Of a stretch of 64,000 bases of DNA, positions 20,701 to 29,958 are shown one piece after another. This DNA comes from Minisyncoccota bacterium (GTDB lineage Bacteria > Patescibacteriota > Minisyncoccia > Phycocordibacterales > UBA9973), in contig JBAYHW010000001.1 in assembly GCA_041665925.1 (NCBI GenBank), positions 166,685-230,684 of the forward strand, in the 5' to 3' direction. The notes beneath the pieces are model-generated. The model had not been told where the DNA came from, did no database searches, and saw only the letters and a list, made by a program, of their open reading frames with translations. The stretch's first letter is position 1. Every line of letters starts with the position of its first letter. The position numbers were made by a program, and so were the translations under genes.

Positions 20701-21323
20701 CAGGAGCTGCAAGTTTTGATTTCCATGTTTCTACTCCCGATGAAAATTCCAATGCAGGATTGTCAGTGTCTATTCCATACAATTCTAGAACATTTTTCTT
20801 GTACAACAACGCACAAGAATTAGACGCGCTTAACATAGCTTCACGATGTGATCCTGCTTTTAATCTTAATTGGGATGGGGGTAAATGTGTAGATTCAGCA
20901 GTAGATGGGAGCTGGACCGAATGGGGTCCTTGTAGTGCGGCGAATTCTTGTGGAGCCGTCGGAGAGAAGACTCGTACTTGTACTCCAGCCTCTAATGGAG
21001 GAGTAGATCCTGATCCCGTATGTCCACCTTCATTCACAGAAACTCAATCTTGTAGTTCTATAAAAGATGCAAACATTTACCTTAACGATAATCCTAATTT
21101 AAAGAAAATCACTATTGCTAAAGGTCAATCTGTAAAGATTAACTGGAAGACAGAGTGTTTTACTTCTTGCACGGGAACAGGGGCAGGGTTTACCCCTTCG
21201 GGCACAAGTGGATCACCAACACTTAAGCCTGACGTAACCACTGACTATGTACTTAAGTGTGGCGGTGCAACAGATTTCGTAACAGTTATGGTTAAAGAAA
21301 AAGCAGGTTTTAAAGAAAATTAA
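17742..21323 (+). CDS. giant secreted Thr/Ser/Gly-rich surface protein with FN3-like, InlB B-repeat-like, and TSP1-like Cys-rich modules
   Basis: Signal peptide; repeated ISPxSRSV...TTTFTITPxSGY units; GxCxGxGxC..WSGAC motif; FN3-like W/Y pattern; WTEWGPCSAANSCGAVGEKTRTC near the C-terminus. No LPXTG motif. Lies upstream of the pilus genes. Confidence 0.7.
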   Translation: MNKVKYLLFGLLFVFSFLFINLNTTFAAIACTTNNWNPTAANVTWKTSSQTQLFTLTHTYVDNNTSYTEYDSCTAAGTHGATCTSDGVTGSALGPQDEFGIRSCSAYGLDVITSPPNKVDTLLPVCGTWSGTGPTYTLSGSTDPVASGTSGQSGINTAGGSCTAPSGGGTCTVTISDVAGNTKPCTSPTYTPPALSVTTSAGANVTISPTSRSVTSGSTTTFTITPTSGYSFSVGGTCPQGTPLTGNSSTTYTTGVITGDCSVSVTATQASYDLSVSKTGNAAASGTVTSSPAGISCGSDCSQSYLSGTSVTLTPSSPGFAGWSGACTGTGSCTVTMNAAKAVTASFQNYTVSGVVSGSNGTISPSSRSVAHGATTTFTITPNSGYVAQGSDNCFIYFGEGGSLSGTTYTTGSITSNCTVTASFSLVAPSSMTVSPGSCGTDFLNISWTAVAGATSYNLYETGSRHAVGSNTLIYSGSNRSFQHTGLVAGSTHYYEVTAAGSSNYAGGSGTVASACTVSKPTVTTTTPVTNITTTTGTGGGSIVSNGGDTITTSGIVWGTSLNPTIALSTKTTDGARTGSWTSSMTGLTPNTLYHVRAYATNSAGTSYGSDVTFTTANNPATPLDIVVNPNTYSATLPNSTISAIYTLTNGTSANTTCRLLDNVGAPLTTYAACNSPMSVTAPGVAGDYLYYIQAFKASTSETKTSNSFIVTVNPAGSCANGANNPPTCNVCTAPQVWDTSTTACVAPLSVSTPTDSTVTLPTTAFTAAYTLTNGTGTNTDCYLIANDGVTVLKTDLTCTSPMSYDTPPIAGIYGYFIKAVKAQTGETRMSNMFTVTVNGGAPVPVVTLSVSTTPPSGTSGTAGVINPTLIWSATNNPTACTTGAGDDWTTGGAKPVSGSEAQGVLNIVKVYTYKLTCSNTTGPSAEASVSVDVTGGTMGVTGMLSSDKVFCDIPVGQSSCNVLLSWSTSPANAVPVSGVRSNTNNSGAASFDFHVSTPDENSNAGLSVSIPYNSRTFFLYNNAQELDALNIASRCDPAFNLNWDGGKCVDSAVDGSWTEWGPCSAANSCGAVGEKTRTCTPASNGGVDPDPVCPPSFTETQSCSSIKDANIYLNDNPNLKKITIAKGQSVKINWKTECFTSCTGTGAGFTPSGTSGSPTLKPDVTTDYVLKCGGATDFVTVMVKEKAGFKEN

Positions 21324-21342
21324 ATAAAGTAAATAATTAACC

Positions 21343-21380
21343 AAAAAATCCCTCACAAATGTGTATTTGGGGGATTTTTT
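21343..21380 (+). terminator. intrinsic terminator after the surface-protein gene
   Basis: AAAATCCC...GGGATTTTTT hairpin plus T-run. Confidence 0.6.
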
Positions 21381-21386
21381 GGTATA

Positions 21387-23156
21387 ATGTATCTAATGCA
21401 AATCAACGAAGACCAACTAAAGAAATTTATCTTAGAGTCTGGGCTTGTTTCTAAAACAGATTTAGAAGAAGCTTTCAAAAAAGCTACAGAACAGAAACAA
21501 AAAGTTGGGAATATTTTACTTTCTGATGGGAAAATTTCAGAAACAGATCTAAAAAGAATGGAGGCCTTCGTTTTAGGTATTCCATTCATAAGTTTAAACA
21601 ATCAAAAAATAGATTTCTCTGTGCTTTCGCTTATTCCGGAGCCGATTGCCAGGAATAATAATATAGTTGCTTATAAAAAAAGCACCAACGGTTTAGAAGT
21701 TGCGATGCTGGATGTAGATAATTTATCTGTGATTGATTTTATTAAGAAACGTTCTGGTTTAAAAATTTTACCCAGACTAACAGACACAGCGTCTATTCGT
21801 TTTGTATTAGTTCAATACAGGCAGAGTCTTAAAACTGAATTTCAAGATATTATTCAAAAAGAGTCTAATTCTTTATCCGTTGCTGGAAAAGAAGATGGAG
21901 AAAAAGGTGGAGAAAAAACTGAAAAAGAATTAAAAGAAATGGCAGAAGATTTGCCGGTGGTGAAAATTGTAGATTCGTTGATTTTTCATGCAATTTTACA
22001 AAATGCTTCAGATATTCACATTGAACCAGGGGAGAAAGAGCTTACAGTAAGATACAGAATAGATGGTATTTTGCACGATGCAATGGTCCTAGATAAAAAT
22101 GCTGGTTCAGGTATCACGGCGCGCATAAAGGTGTTATCCAATTTAAAACTAGACGAAAAAAGATTACCGCAAGATGGCAGATTTAAGATAGAACAAAATG
22201 GAGAGAAAATTTCTTTCCGTGTTTCTACGTTGCCGACATTTTTTGGCGAGAAAACAGTCATTAGACTTTTGAAAGAAAACGCTCATGGCTTTTCTTTGGA
22301 AGGTTTAGGTTTTCATGGAGAAGGACTGGAGAGGATACACAGCTCATTAAAACAAAAAACCGGAATGGTGCTTGCGACAGGTCCGACTGGGTCTGGAAAG
22401 ACGACAACTCTCTATACTATGCTTGATATTCTAAATAGACCAGAAGTAAATATTTCTACCGTAGAAGACCCGATTGAATATCAAATGCCTAGAGTTAATC
22501 AAACACAAGTAAAACCTGAGATAGGGTTAACTTTTGCTAACGGGCTTCGATCGCTACTGCGTCAGGATCCTGATATTGTAATGGTTGGCGAAATTCGTGA
22601 CGGTGAAACAGCTGGTCTTGCCATCAACGCTTCACTAACTGGGCACTTAGTGTTGTCTACTATTCACACCAACAGCGCTGCCGGGGCTATCCCAAGGTTG
22701 ATAGATATGGGGGCTGAACCATTTTTAATTACCGCTACAGTTAAAACTATAATAGCTCAGAGACTCGTGCGTAAATTAACTCCGAATAAAGAAAAATATT
22801 TCTTATCGGAAGTAGAAATTAAAAATTTACAAAAAATTATTGACCTTGAGCGTGTTTTGGGTTTCCTAAAAACAGAAAAGCTAATCGGAGAAGATGCTAC
22901 TTGGGATAAAATTCCATTTTATCGTCCAATAAAGACCGCTGAATTTGAAGATGGATATTCTAGCCGAGTGGGGATGCATGAAGTATTGCAAGTTTCTCCA
23001 GCTATTAAGGAGCTTATCACCAAAGGTAGCTCTCAAGATGAAATAGAAATTCAAGCGAAAAAAGAAGGGATGATGACCATGATTGAAGATGGGGTATATC
23101 AAGCGGTGCTTGGGGTAACCACTTTAGAAGAAGTGTTCCGAGTCGTCTCTGAGTAG
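21387..23156 (+). CDS. pilB: type IV pilus assembly ATPase (GspE/PilB family)
   Basis: Walker A GPTGSGKTTTLY, Asp box, His box, MVGEIRD. The -10 TATAAT at 21383-21388 overlaps the first ATG, so the in-frame ATG at 21396 is probably the real start and the mRNA may be leaderless. Confidence 0.9.
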   Translation: MYLMQINEDQLKKFILESGLVSKTDLEEAFKKATEQKQKVGNILLSDGKISETDLKRMEAFVLGIPFISLNNQKIDFSVLSLIPEPIARNNNIVAYKKSTNGLEVAMLDVDNLSVIDFIKKRSGLKILPRLTDTASIRFVLVQYRQSLKTEFQDIIQKESNSLSVAGKEDGEKGGEKTEKELKEMAEDLPVVKIVDSLIFHAILQNASDIHIEPGEKELTVRYRIDGILHDAMVLDKNAGSGITARIKVLSNLKLDEKRLPQDGRFKIEQNGEKISFRVSTLPTFFGEKTVIRLLKENAHGFSLEGLGFHGEGLERIHSSLKQKTGMVLATGPTGSGKTTTLYTMLDILNRPEVNISTVEDPIEYQMPRVNQTQVKPEIGLTFANGLRSLLRQDPDIVMVGEIRDGETAGLAINASLTGHLVLSTIHTNSAAGAIPRLIDMGAEPFLITATVKTIIAQRLVRKLTPNKEKYFLSEVEIKNLQKIIDLERVLGFLKTEKLIGEDATWDKIPFYRPIKTAEFEDGYSSRVGMHEVLQVSPAIKELITKGSSQDEIEIQAKKEGMMTMIEDGVYQAVLGVTTLEEVFRVVSE

Positions 23157-23176
23157 TAGGGGGCTTTCGAAATAAG

Positions 23177-24394
23177 ATGCTTTTTTCATACACAGCAAAA
23201 TCAAAAACAGGAGAGATTTTAGAAAATACACTTGAAGCAGTTGATCGTTTTACTGTGGCTAGAGACATTCGCTCCAGAGGATATACTCCTTTATCAATTA
23301 CCGAAAAGGGATCAGATTTAGCCAATAAATTTTCTATTTTTTCTAACATTTTTGCTAAAGTTAGTCTTAATGAGCAAATTATTTTTACTAAAAATCTAAG
23401 TGGGATGCTTTTAGCGGGACTTTCTGTCTCTAGAGCTTTATCGGTTCTTCAAAAACAAACCACAAATCCAAAATTGAGTAAGGTGCTGACATCTCTGTCG
23501 GTAGATATAAACGCTGGGGGAACTTTCTCAAGTGCCTTGGTAAAGTTTCCGGAAGTTTTTTCAAAACTTTTCGTGTCTATGGTGAAAGCAGGAGAAGAAT
23601 CTGGTAATTTATCTGGGGCTCTTTCAGATATTGGGATTAATTTGGAAAAATCAAACGCTTTAACAAAAAAGGTAAAGGGAGCGCTTATTTATCCCGGAGT
23701 CATAATGTCGGCTATGGTGGTCATCGGAGTTTTGATGTTCGCTTTTGTAGTGCCAACGCTTGCAAACACTTTTAAAGAACTTGGGGTTACTCTGCCAGCT
23801 TCTACTCAGGCACTTGTGTTTTTTGGTAATTTTTTCTCGAATCATTTGCTTTTGAGTTTTGTGATCATATTTGCCACAGCCTTCGGGGGGTATGCGCTTT
23901 TTCGGGCAAAGTTTATGAATAAATACATAGATTTTATGATTTTAAAAATTCCAATTGTCGGGAATTTAGCCAGAGAGTTAAATACTGCTCGTACTGCTCG
24001 TACCATATCTTCTCTTTTACTTTCTGGTGTTTCTATTACGAGAGCTGTGGAGATCACCGAAGATGTGGTACAAAACATTTATTATAAAAGGGTTTTAGAA
24101 GAAGCTAAGGAGGCCGTAGAAAAAGGAGCACCTTTTTCTCAAGTATTTGAAAAAAACAACAAACTATATCCCATTATGATGTCGGAGATGATTCAGGTGG
24201 GAGAAGAAACTGGGAAATTGTCAGACATGCTTCTTCAAATTGCCTTATTTTATGAGGGGGAAGTCGAAAATAAAACAAAAAATCTTTCCACTATAATTGA
24301 GCCTGTGCTTATGATTTTTATTGGGGCTGGTGTTGGGTTTTTCGCTATTTCAATGATTTCTCCTCTTTATTCAATTTTGGGTAGTATTGGCTAA
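23177..24394 (+). CDS. pilC: type IV pilus inner-membrane platform protein (GspF/PilC family)
   Basis: Two GspF repeats and three TM segments. Confidence 0.88.
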   Translation: MLFSYTAKSKTGEILENTLEAVDRFTVARDIRSRGYTPLSITEKGSDLANKFSIFSNIFAKVSLNEQIIFTKNLSGMLLAGLSVSRALSVLQKQTTNPKLSKVLTSLSVDINAGGTFSSALVKFPEVFSKLFVSMVKAGEESGNLSGALSDIGINLEKSNALTKKVKGALIYPGVIMSAMVVIGVLMFAFVVPTLANTFKELGVTLPASTQALVFFGNFFSNHLLLSFVIIFATAFGGYALFRAKFMNKYIDFMILKIPIVGNLARELNTARTARTISSLLLSGVSITRAVEITEDVVQNIYYKRVLEEAKEAVEKGAPFSQVFEKNNKLYPIMMSEMIQVGEETGKLSDMLLQIALFYEGEVENKTKNLSTIIEPVLMIFIGAGVGFFAISMISPLYSILGSIG

Positions 24395-24869
24395 AAGAAT
24401 TATGAAAAATTTTTACAAAAAGGGAATAACAGCTCTGGAATTTCTATTAGTCATCGCTATTCTTGGAATTTTGTTTACAATTGTTATTCCACAGTTTTCA
24501 AGAATTAAAGAAAATCAAGTATTAAAAAGTACTATCGGAGATGTAGTCTCTAGTTTAAACAAAGCACGCACAAAAACACTAGCATCTGTCAGCTCGTCTT
24601 CCTACGGAGTGCATTTACAGTCGGATAAAGTTATAATTTTCAAAGGAACAGTTTTTTCTTCAGGGGATAGTAATAATGAAACTATAAATATTACATCTCC
24701 TGCAACTATTTCCAATGTTACTTTGGCCGGGACGAGTAGCTCTTCCGGAGATGTATATTTCAACCGTCTCTCTGGGGCACCAAATAAAACTGGGACTGTG
24801 ACAATTTCTACGCCTTCCTTTTCAAAAATTATTACTCTGTCAGCGACAGGGTCTGCTAGTTCAAACTAG
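24387..24869 (+). CDS. prepilin-type (class III signal peptide) pilin-like protein
   Basis: KKG/ITALEFLLVIAILGIL: Gly at -1, Glu at +5, then a hydrophobic helix. Confidence 0.75.
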   Translation: MAKRIMKNFYKKGITALEFLLVIAILGILFTIVIPQFSRIKENQVLKSTIGDVVSSLNKARTKTLASVSSSSYGVHLQSDKVIIFKGTVFSSGDSNNETINITSPATISNVTLAGTSSSSGDVYFNRLSGAPNKTGTVTISTPSFSKIITLSATGSASSN

Positions 24870-24880
24870 ATAATCAAAAC

Positions 24881-25357
24881 ATGAAGAAAAATTATAAAAA
24901 TTCTGGATTCATGATGGTGGAAATAATTGTAGCTATCTCTATCATTGCTGTTGCCATTCTGGCGTCTATGACTGTGGCTCAGAAATCCATCCATGTTTCT
25001 AGGCAAGCTTTGCACACAACTCAAGCAGCATTTTTACTTGAAGAAGGAGCAGAAGCGGTGCGTATCCTTAGAGATAATGCTTGGACCAATATTTCAAGTT
25101 TAACTGCTGGGACTAGTTATTATCCGTTTTTCTCGGGAGGGACTTGGACACTGTCGTCTACTTCAAATACTGTCGGAATATTTACCAGGACTGTCTCTGT
25201 GGCGAATGTAAATCGCGATAACACGACCCAAGACATAGCAAATATTGGCACGAATGATCCTTCAACCAAGCTAGTTACAGTTACCGTGTCTTGGCTGGAA
25301 GGAGGAATTACTGTAACCAAAACTTTACAATTTTATATTATAGATATTTTCACATGA
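24881..25357 (+). CDS. prepilin-type pilin-like protein
   Basis: SG/FMMVEIIVAISIIAV class III signal peptide. Confidence 0.75.
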   Translation: MKKNYKNSGFMMVEIIVAISIIAVAILASMTVAQKSIHVSRQALHTTQAAFLLEEGAEAVRILRDNAWTNISSLTAGTSYYPFFSGGTWTLSSTSNTVGIFTRTVSVANVNRDNTTQDIANIGTNDPSTKLVTVTVSWLEGGITVTKTLQFYIIDIFT

Positions 25358-25833
25358 TAAAAATTGGTAAAAAAAGAAAAAATAATCAAGGAGTAGCATT
25401 ATTAGAACTTCTTTTTTACATTGCTCTTTTTACCATGCTTTCTTTAGTGGTTATCAATGCCATGATTACTATGGCTCGGTCTTTTAAGGAAACGGCTACT
25501 CAGGCAGAATTAATACAAAGCGGGTCTATTATGGAGAGGATCTCTAGAGAAATTAGACAAGCTTCGAGTATAACTTCTATCAGCGCAACCGACTTAAAAC
25601 TAAATGCAGTAGAATTTAAACTTTCAGGTTCGGATCTGCAACTTTTTGAAAACAATATTTTTATTGGAAATTTAAATACTCCCAATATTGCTATAACCGG
25701 TCTGGTATTTACAGAGATAACCACTGCCCAGGGAAAGGCTATAAAAATATTTTTATCTCTTAAATCAAACAACGATATCTCAGCAAGAATTGTTGATTTT
25801 TACGACACCGTTGTGTTGAGAGAAAGTTATTAA
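25354..25833 (+). CDS. prepilin-type pilin-like protein
   Basis: Internal ATG at 25354 gives MIKIGKKRKNNQG/VALLELLFYIALF with Glu at +5. ATGA overlap with the preceding gene. Confidence 0.65.
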   Translation: MIKIGKKRKNNQGVALLELLFYIALFTMLSLVVINAMITMARSFKETATQAELIQSGSIMERISREIRQASSITSISATDLKLNAVEFKLSGSDLQLFENNIFIGNLNTPNIAITGLVFTEITTAQGKAIKIFLSLKSNNDISARIVDFYDTVVLRESY

Positions 25834-25834
25834 T

Positions 25835-27580
25835 ATGAAAAAAAATTGTAAAACAATAAAAAGAAATGGCGGGGCAGCGATGCTGATATCTGTTGTATTT
25901 TTTCTTTTTATTTCTTTAGCAATCATCGCGGGACTTGTGTCTCCCACAGTTCGTGAATTTAGAAACGCACTAGATTTGACGAAATCTCGTCAAAGTTTTT
26001 TCCTCTCTGAATCTGGAGTCGAAGATGCGTATTTTAGATTAAAAAAGGCAAAAACAATTGGGTCTTCAGTTTCTCTAACTCTAAATAATAATACTGCCAC
26101 TACAATCATAACCGATTCTGGTTTTAACCAAAAGACGGTATCTTCTTTGGGGGATGTAAATTCTCGTCAAAGAAAAAATGAACTTGTTTTAAATACAGGA
26201 ACTGGAGTTTCTTTCAGCTATGGAGTGCAAGTCGGGACTGGCGGGATTACGATTGGACAGAATGCTGTTGTGAATGGAAGTGTTTACTCAAACGGTGATA
26301 TTACAGGACCTGGATCTATTACAGGCACAGCCTTAGCTGCTAATTCGGCAGCTTTGACAGCAGATCAAGCCAATGGTTCTGGGGCGCCTACCTATGATGT
26401 TACATTTGGAAATGCAAACGGTACCCAAGATTTTGCCCAGAGTTTTTCGGTAAGTACAAACGGGGTGATCAATCAAGTAAAATTATATATCAGGAGGGTA
26501 AGTACACCAGGAAATTTAACAGTAAGAATTGTATCTAATTCAGGTAGTAGCCCAGGAACGACCACTTTAGCATCTGGGCTCTTAGATTCTTCTCTGGTAT
26601 CTGTAAATTATCCAGCAGGTGATTGGGTCAATGTTCCTATTTCACCAAACGCTGAGTTAACGGCAGGAACGACATATTGGATAGTAATTGACGGAGGGAC
26701 CAATTCTAATAAATATTATCAAATTGGGGCAAATTCAAATAGTTATGCTAGTGGTATTGGTAAAATCGGAGCATTTTCTGGAACATGGAATAATACTACT
26801 CCGACTGGGCTTGATGGTTTTTTTCAACTTTATTTAGGGGGACTTACTGGTACTATTAGTAATGTTTCTGTTGGCGCAGGGGTCAAGGGTAATACGTATG
26901 CGCATACGGTAAAAAACTCTAACATTGTCGGAACAAATTATTGTCAAGTAGGTAGTGGAAATAATAAAGCTTGCAACACTTCTTTACCTGATCCTACGCA
27001 AGTAGCTATGCCTATTTCAGATCAAAATATTTTAGACTGGAAAGCCGAAGCCGAAGCCGGGGGTGTATATTCAGGTAATTATGTGGTGGATAGTACCTCT
27101 GTTTCTTTCGGGCCAAAGAAAATTACGGGGAATCTTACCATGGGGAACAGTGGACGTTTAACATTAACGGGTAATCTATGGGTTGAAGGTAACATGGTCA
27201 TAGACAACCATGCTCACATCAACCTATCTTCTAGTTACGGCACCTCAGAAGGTGTAATTATAGTTGATGGAACAGTGAATATAGGTAATGGTTCAGATTT
27301 CTCGGGGTCTGGGTCTGAGGGGAGTTATCTAATGGTACTCTCAACCTCCACTTCTACCGATGCGATAAAGCTTTCAAATAACGGCGGGGCTGTTATTTTG
27401 TATGCTGCAAATGGTACAGTACACTTAGAGAATAACGCCGCCGCGAAAGCATTGAATGGAAAATATATTGTTTTAGATAATAATGTTGACGTGATTTATG
27501 ATAGCGGGTTGGTTAATTCAAATTTTGTTAATGGTCCTTCTGGAGGATGGGGAATAACTTCTTGGAAAGAGGTAGAGTAA
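25835..27580 (+). CDS. large pilus-associated protein with N-terminal TM helix (minor pilin/tip-adhesin candidate)
   Basis: N-terminal hydrophobic helix, then a Gly/Ser/Thr/Asn-rich beta-rich region. Last gene of the pilin cluster. Confidence 0.4.
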   Translation: MKKNCKTIKRNGGAAMLISVVFFLFISLAIIAGLVSPTVREFRNALDLTKSRQSFFLSESGVEDAYFRLKKAKTIGSSVSLTLNNNTATTIITDSGFNQKTVSSLGDVNSRQRKNELVLNTGTGVSFSYGVQVGTGGITIGQNAVVNGSVYSNGDITGPGSITGTALAANSAALTADQANGSGAPTYDVTFGNANGTQDFAQSFSVSTNGVINQVKLYIRRVSTPGNLTVRIVSNSGSSPGTTTLASGLLDSSLVSVNYPAGDWVNVPISPNAELTAGTTYWIVIDGGTNSNKYYQIGANSNSYASGIGKIGAFSGTWNNTTPTGLDGFFQLYLGGLTGTISNVSVGAGVKGNTYAHTVKNSNIVGTNYCQVGSGNNKACNTSLPDPTQVAMPISDQNILDWKAEAEAGGVYSGNYVVDSTSVSFGPKKITGNLTMGNSGRLTLTGNLWVEGNMVIDNHAHINLSSSYGTSEGVIIVDGTVNIGNGSDFSGSGSEGSYLMVLSTSTSTDAIKLSNNGGAVILYAANGTVHLENNAAAKALNGKYIVLDNNVDVIYDSGLVNSNFVNGPSGGWGITSWKEVE

Positions 27581-27602
27581 GGTGTGTTATACTATACAGA
27601 AT

Positions 27603-28364
27603 ATGGGCAAGAAAATAATAATCGGTAATTGGAAAATGAATCCACTTACTTTAAATCAAGCGGAAAAGTTGTTTGAGGATGTAGCTAGGGGTGTCTCGAG
27701 AGTAAAAAAAACAGATATAGTTATTTGCACACCTTTTATCTATCTAGATAAGTTGAGTGAAATTCGTACTACTAAAGTAAAACTTGGGACGCAAGATGCA
27801 TTCTGGGGAGACGTCGGCGCTTTTACTGGTGAAGTATCAGGGGAAATGCTTTACGAAATCGGGGCACGATATGTAATTTTAGGTCATTCAGAGAGACGAG
27901 CTCTAGGCGAAAATAACAATGTAGTAAATAAAAAAATAAAATCTGTTCTCGGGGCTGGACTTAGGCCCATACTTTGCGTTGGAGAAAACACACGTGATGA
28001 AAGTCATAAATATTTTAATTTAGTCAAAACACAACTTGAAGAATGCCTTGCTGGTATTTCCAAGAACTCAATTGCTAAAATAGTTATCGCCTATGAACCC
28101 GTCTGGGCGATATCTAGTACTAAAGACCGAAGAGATGCCACAGCACACGATTCACTTGAGATGGTTATTTTTATTCGCAAAATTCTTTCAGATAAATTCG
28201 GTAAAGATGCAGGTAATGTCAGAATTCTTTATGGGGGGTCGGTGAGCGAACGCGACGCTGAAGATTTTCTGAAAAATGGGGGAGTAGATGGTTTGCTTGT
28301 TGGACGTGCTAGCCTAGATGCAAAAAAGTTTACTAGCATCGCAAAAATTGCGGATAGTATATGA
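27603..28364 (+). CDS. tpiA: triosephosphate isomerase
   Basis: IIGNWKMN, ILGHSERR, and AYEPVWAI motifs. Confidence 0.88.
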   Translation: MGKKIIIGNWKMNPLTLNQAEKLFEDVARGVSRVKKTDIVICTPFIYLDKLSEIRTTKVKLGTQDAFWGDVGAFTGEVSGEMLYEIGARYVILGHSERRALGENNNVVNKKIKSVLGAGLRPILCVGENTRDESHKYFNLVKTQLEECLAGISKNSIAKIVIAYEPVWAISSTKDRRDATAHDSLEMVIFIRKILSDKFGKDAGNVRILYGGSVSERDAEDFLKNGGVDGLLVGRASLDAKKFTSIAKIADSI

Positions 28365-29590
28365 AACTCAAAAACTTACAAAGTATAGATTTAAAAAATA
28401 AAACGATTTTATATCGTGCTCCGTATGATATAGGAGTCAAAGAAATAAATGGAGTACTGGAAGTAAAAGATGATTTACGTATTCGGGCCACTTTGCCAAC
28501 TTTAGAATATTTGATTCAACAAAATTGTAAAATAGTTATCCTAACTTACGTCAAAAGACCAGATGCGAAAGTTGTAGAAGAATTGCGTACGACCCCACAC
28601 GCTAGAAAACTTTCCGAACTTCTAGGTCGGAAGGTAGATAAGATAGATGAATGCACAGGTCTACTGGTGGAAGCAAAAATAAATAATATGAAAGGCGGAG
28701 ATATTTTAATGCTGGAAAACGTGCGATTTTATAAGGGCGAAATGGAAGATGATGATGAATTTGCCAAAAAACTTTGCAAAGATAAAGATATAATTGTTTT
28801 CGACGGATTTCCGCAGGCGATGCGCATCCATGCATCGACGACTGGAATAGAAAGGCATTTACCAGCTGTTGCTGGTATGTATACGGAGCATGAGGTAGAG
28901 ATGCTATCTAATTTGTTAGAAAACCCAGTTAGGCCGTTTACGGTACTTATAGGTGGAGCAAAAGTTTCCGACAAGGTGGATGCGGTAAATAATTTATTAA
29001 AAATGGCCGATAAAGTTTTAGTCGGGGGAGCCGTGGCTAATGTTTTTTTAAAGGCTCAAGGGCATGAGCTTGGTAGTTCTTTTATGGAGGATGTGTTTGT
29101 TGACGAAAAAAGAAGAGAGAAAAAAGATTGGATAGTATATGCGAAGGAAATTTTAGAAAAATACAAAGATAAAGTTATTGTACCGAGTGATGTAGTAATT
29201 TCTGACGGTACAACAGTTAAAAACCTAGATTTATCTAAAGAAGGGATTCCGAATGGTTGGATGGCGCTTGATATCGGACCAGAAACTCAGAAAAACTTTT
29301 CAAAAATAATAGAAAATTCCAAAACAGTTTTCCTTGGTGGTCCGATGGGGAAATTTGAAGATGAAAAATATTCACTAGGTTCACAGGCGATACTCAATGC
29401 AATGAAAAATCTTACCAGTAACTTTTCTGGTATGACCATCATTGCTGGGGGAGACACCATAGATGTGGCTAATAGATATTCCAATATAAAAAATTTCTCT
29501 CATATTTCGCTAGCTGGTGGAGCGACATTGGATTTTCTAGCTGGTAAAGAACTTCCAGCACTAAAACCTCTTATTAAAGAGATGCAATAA
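28361..29590 (+). CDS. pgk: phosphoglycerate kinase
   Basis: N- and C-domain PGK signatures (LIGGAKVSDK, IIAGGDT). Confidence 0.9.
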   Translation: MKLKNLQSIDLKNKTILYRAPYDIGVKEINGVLEVKDDLRIRATLPTLEYLIQQNCKIVILTYVKRPDAKVVEELRTTPHARKLSELLGRKVDKIDECTGLLVEAKINNMKGGDILMLENVRFYKGEMEDDDEFAKKLCKDKDIIVFDGFPQAMRIHASTTGIERHLPAVAGMYTEHEVEMLSNLLENPVRPFTVLIGGAKVSDKVDAVNNLLKMADKVLVGGAVANVFLKAQGHELGSSFMEDVFVDEKRREKKDWIVYAKEILEKYKDKVIVPSDVVISDGTTVKNLDLSKEGIPNGWMALDIGPETQKNFSKIIENSKTVFLGGPMGKFEDEKYSLGSQAILNAMKNLTSNFSGMTIIAGGDTIDVANRYSNIKNFSHISLAGGATLDFLAGKELPALKPLIKEMQ

Positions 29591-29930
29591 TTTTCTCAGC
29601 GTTTGTTTTTAGATCTTTTTCATCGCCGACAGTTTCAGGCCAGACCCACACATGAGCATGGGAGATTTCTTCACCATAAACTTGTGAGCGAATAATGTCT
29701 GCATTAAAAGCTTTCTTCTGAGCTAGGGCTATTTTCCTGACGACTTCAAAATATTCTCCTAAATTTGGAACGTCCCAAACCCACCTATAATGTTTTTTCG
29801 GGATGACTTGGGTCTGTCCGGGAGCTATTGGACGAATATCTAAAAATGCTAAAAAGTTCTGATCTTCGTAGACGATAGTAGCCGGGATTTCTTTATTTAT
29901 AATTTTGCAAAAAATGCAGTCATGTTCCAT
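29574..29930 (-). CDS. HIT-family (histidine triad) hydrolase
   Basis: Ends with HAHVWVWP (HxHxHxx). Confidence 0.8.
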   Translation of the reverse strand: MEHDCIFCKIINKEIPATIVYEDQNFLAFLDIRPIAPGQTQVIPKKHYRWVWDVPNLGEYFEVVRKIALAQKKAFNADIIRSQVYGEEISHAHVWVWPETVGDEKDLKTNAEKIIASL

Positions 29931-29958
29931 ACCTATATTGTATGCTAAAATTGAATTT

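Noticed and set aside
18059-21037. Several minus-strand ORFs (62-141 aa) within the surface-protein gene
   Set aside because: They are shadows of a GC-richer, repeat-rich coding region that has a clear signal peptide and domain grammar on the plus strand.
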